Notes under the pieces: generated by a model | The model's input: only the letters and a program-made list of their open reading frames with translations | Told to the model about the DNA's origin: nothing | Databases searched by the model: none | Program-made: the position numbers and the translations under genes | NCBI GenBank assembly: GCA_039807465.1 | Contig: JBDHRI010000001.1 | Location: forward strand, 1 to 44,173 | Reading direction: 5' to 3' | DNA length: 44,173 nt | DNA from: Burkholderiales bacterium | Lineage (GTDB): Bacteria; Pseudomonadota; Gammaproteobacteria; Burkholderiales; UBA11063 | Shown: positions 42,685 through 44,173 of the stretch, piece after piece | Numbering within the stretch: the stretch's first letter is position 1 | How the letters are laid out: every line of letters starts with the position of its first letter

Positions 42685-43255
42685 TTGACCATTCCGAATA
42701 ATACCCCACTAATTCAGGATATTCGTTGAGTAGTTTGCTATCTTTTTCCCGGGTATCGCCGACAACCTGTGCTGGATTCCCGGCAATTATTGCAAAATCA
42801 GGAAACTCACCTTTTACTAAAGTATAAGCAGTAACCAATGAACCCTTACCAATTTTGCTTCCCGGCATTATGACTGAGTGTGCCCCGATGAAGCTATATT
42901 TGCCGATTATTACCTCGCCAGTAATATATCCTTTATGACGACCATTATGCTCAATATAATGCTTACCATAAAGCCGAACCGACTGATGAGATGAGTGCGT
43001 AAGAATACTGATGAAGTTAGAAATCTGACATCCTTCACCAATTGTAATGCGATTACTAGCATCAAGAATATTATAATGACCAATAAAAACATTATCAGCA
43101 AGATTAAGATTCTCTGGGTTTACAATATCCACTGTATTACTAATCCGGGTTTTTGCCAGATAAGTACCATCAAAAGAAGTATAGCCAAGCACCATTCTTG
43201 GCTTGGCTATATATTTGTTTAACAAATTTAGTAGTTGCCAGACAAATTTCTTCAT
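42677..43255 (-). CDS. hexapeptide-repeat (LbH) acyltransferase
   Basis: Repeats VFIGH, ITIGEGCQI, VIIGKYSFIG, KIGKGSLV; IAGNPA. Confidence 0.9.
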   Translation of the reverse strand: MKKFVWQLLNLLNKYIAKPRMVLGYTSFDGTYLAKTRISNTVDIVNPENLNLADNVFIGHYNILDASNRITIGEGCQISNFISILTHSSHQSVRLYGKHYIEHNGRHKGYITGEVIIGKYSFIGAHSVIMPGSKIGKGSLVTAYTLVKGEFPDFAIIAGNPAQVVGDTREKDSKLLNEYPELVGYYSEWSND

Positions 43256-43264
43256 TATCGTGAC

Positions 43265-44173
43265 CTAAATCATATCTGGAGTGATAACAACCTTGTCAGA
43301 TTTAAGTTCTGGTAAATCATACATTTTTTCCAAAAGTAGATTTTCCATGATTGAACGTAAGCCACGCGCACCAGTCTTGCGCGCCAAAGCTTTTTTGGCA
43401 ACAGCTTTGATTGCACCATCAGCAAACTCAAGATTTACGTTGTGTAAATTAAAGATTTTCTGATATTGTTTAACTAAGGCATTTTTTGGTTGAGTCAAAA
43501 TCTCTATCAAAGCATCTTCATCCAGTTCTTGCAAAATTGCATGAACAGGCAAGCGTCCGATAAACTCCGGAATCAGACCAAAACGCACCAGATCCGATGG
43601 TTCAGTATCTTTCAAAAACTGATTTTTACTAATAACATCTGATTTGCTATTTACCTGCGCTCCAAAGCCAATTCCTGATTTTTCGGTACGCATCTGGATA
43701 ATTTTTTCAAGACCATCAAACGCACCACCACAGATAAATAATATCTCACTGGTATCAAGCTGAATCATTTCCTTACCGGGATGCTTACGTCCGCCTTGTG
43801 GTGGAACATTTGCAACAGTTCCTTCAACTAGTTTTAATAATGCCTGCTGCACACCTTCACCAGATACATCACGAGTAATTGATGGATTTTCACTTTTTCG
43901 TGCAATTTTGTCAATTTCATCAATGTAAACAATCCCATGACGAGCTTTTTCAACATCATAATCACAGTTTTGTAGCAATCTAGTCAAGACATTTTCAACA
44001 TCATCACCAACATAACCTGCCTCGGTAAGTGTAGTAGCATCGGCTATCGCAAAAGGCACATCAAGAAACCTTGCTAGTGTCTGAGCTAAAAGCGTTTTAC
44101 CCGACCCTGTTGGTCCAATTAATAAAATATTACTCTTAGCTAGTTCAATATCATCTTCGCTTTGTTTATTAGA
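43265..44173 (-). CDS. clpX: ATP-dependent Clp protease ATP-binding subunit ClpX (5' end outside the window)
   Basis: Frame is open to the window edge: [45 protein letters not shown] loop, TGARGLR. Confidence 0.98.
   Translation of the reverse strand, partial: SNKQSEDDIELAKSNILLIGPTGSGKTLLAQTLARFLDVPFAIADATTLTEAGYVGDDVENVLTRLLQNCDYDVEKARHGIVYIDEIDKIARKSENPSITRDVSGEGVQQALLKLVEGTVANVPPQGGRKHPGKEMIQLDTSEILFICGGAFDGLEKIIQMRTEKSGIGFGAQVNSKSDVISKNQFLKDTEPSDLVRFGLIPEFIGRLPVHAILQELDEDALIEILTQPKNALVKQYQKIFNLHNVNLEFADGAIKAVAKKALARKTGARGLRSIMENLLLEKMYDLPELKSDKVVITPDMI

Overview
AT-rich bacterial chromosomal window. Gene content (DUF3579, aroQ-accB-accC-prmA, HrpA/DnaX types, Gly/Ser-rich lipoproteins) suggests a low-GC betaproteobacterium, possibly an Aquella-like Neisseriales; this is inference, not a database result. 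Most genes are housekeeping or metabolic: an aroE-Na/Ca antiporter-tcdA-geranylgeranyl reductase operon; dnaX-ybaB; hrpA-nagB; a radical SAM gene, gabD and an orphan oppA; a divergent glycogen cluster (pullulanase<-glgB | pgm->glgC->glgA); a Tim44 protein, ruvB and acpP; aroQ-accBC-prmA-dciA; a POT transporter; and clpX (5' end outside the window) followed by an acyltransferase-GT4-Wzx-GNAT-YihY block. I saw no rRNA, tRNA, CRISPR array or mobile element. The best leads are: (1) an unannotated 19-aa hydrophobic micro-ORF at 15637-15696 (-) behind a structured leader with a terminator hairpin and a switchable anti-SD/SD pairing; (2) a two-lobed pepsin/PecA-like aspartic protease lipoprotein; (3) a Francisella-like glycogen cluster with a large cytoplasmic pullulanase instead of GlgX; (4) an outer-membrane beta-barrel gene split by a single-base frameshift.
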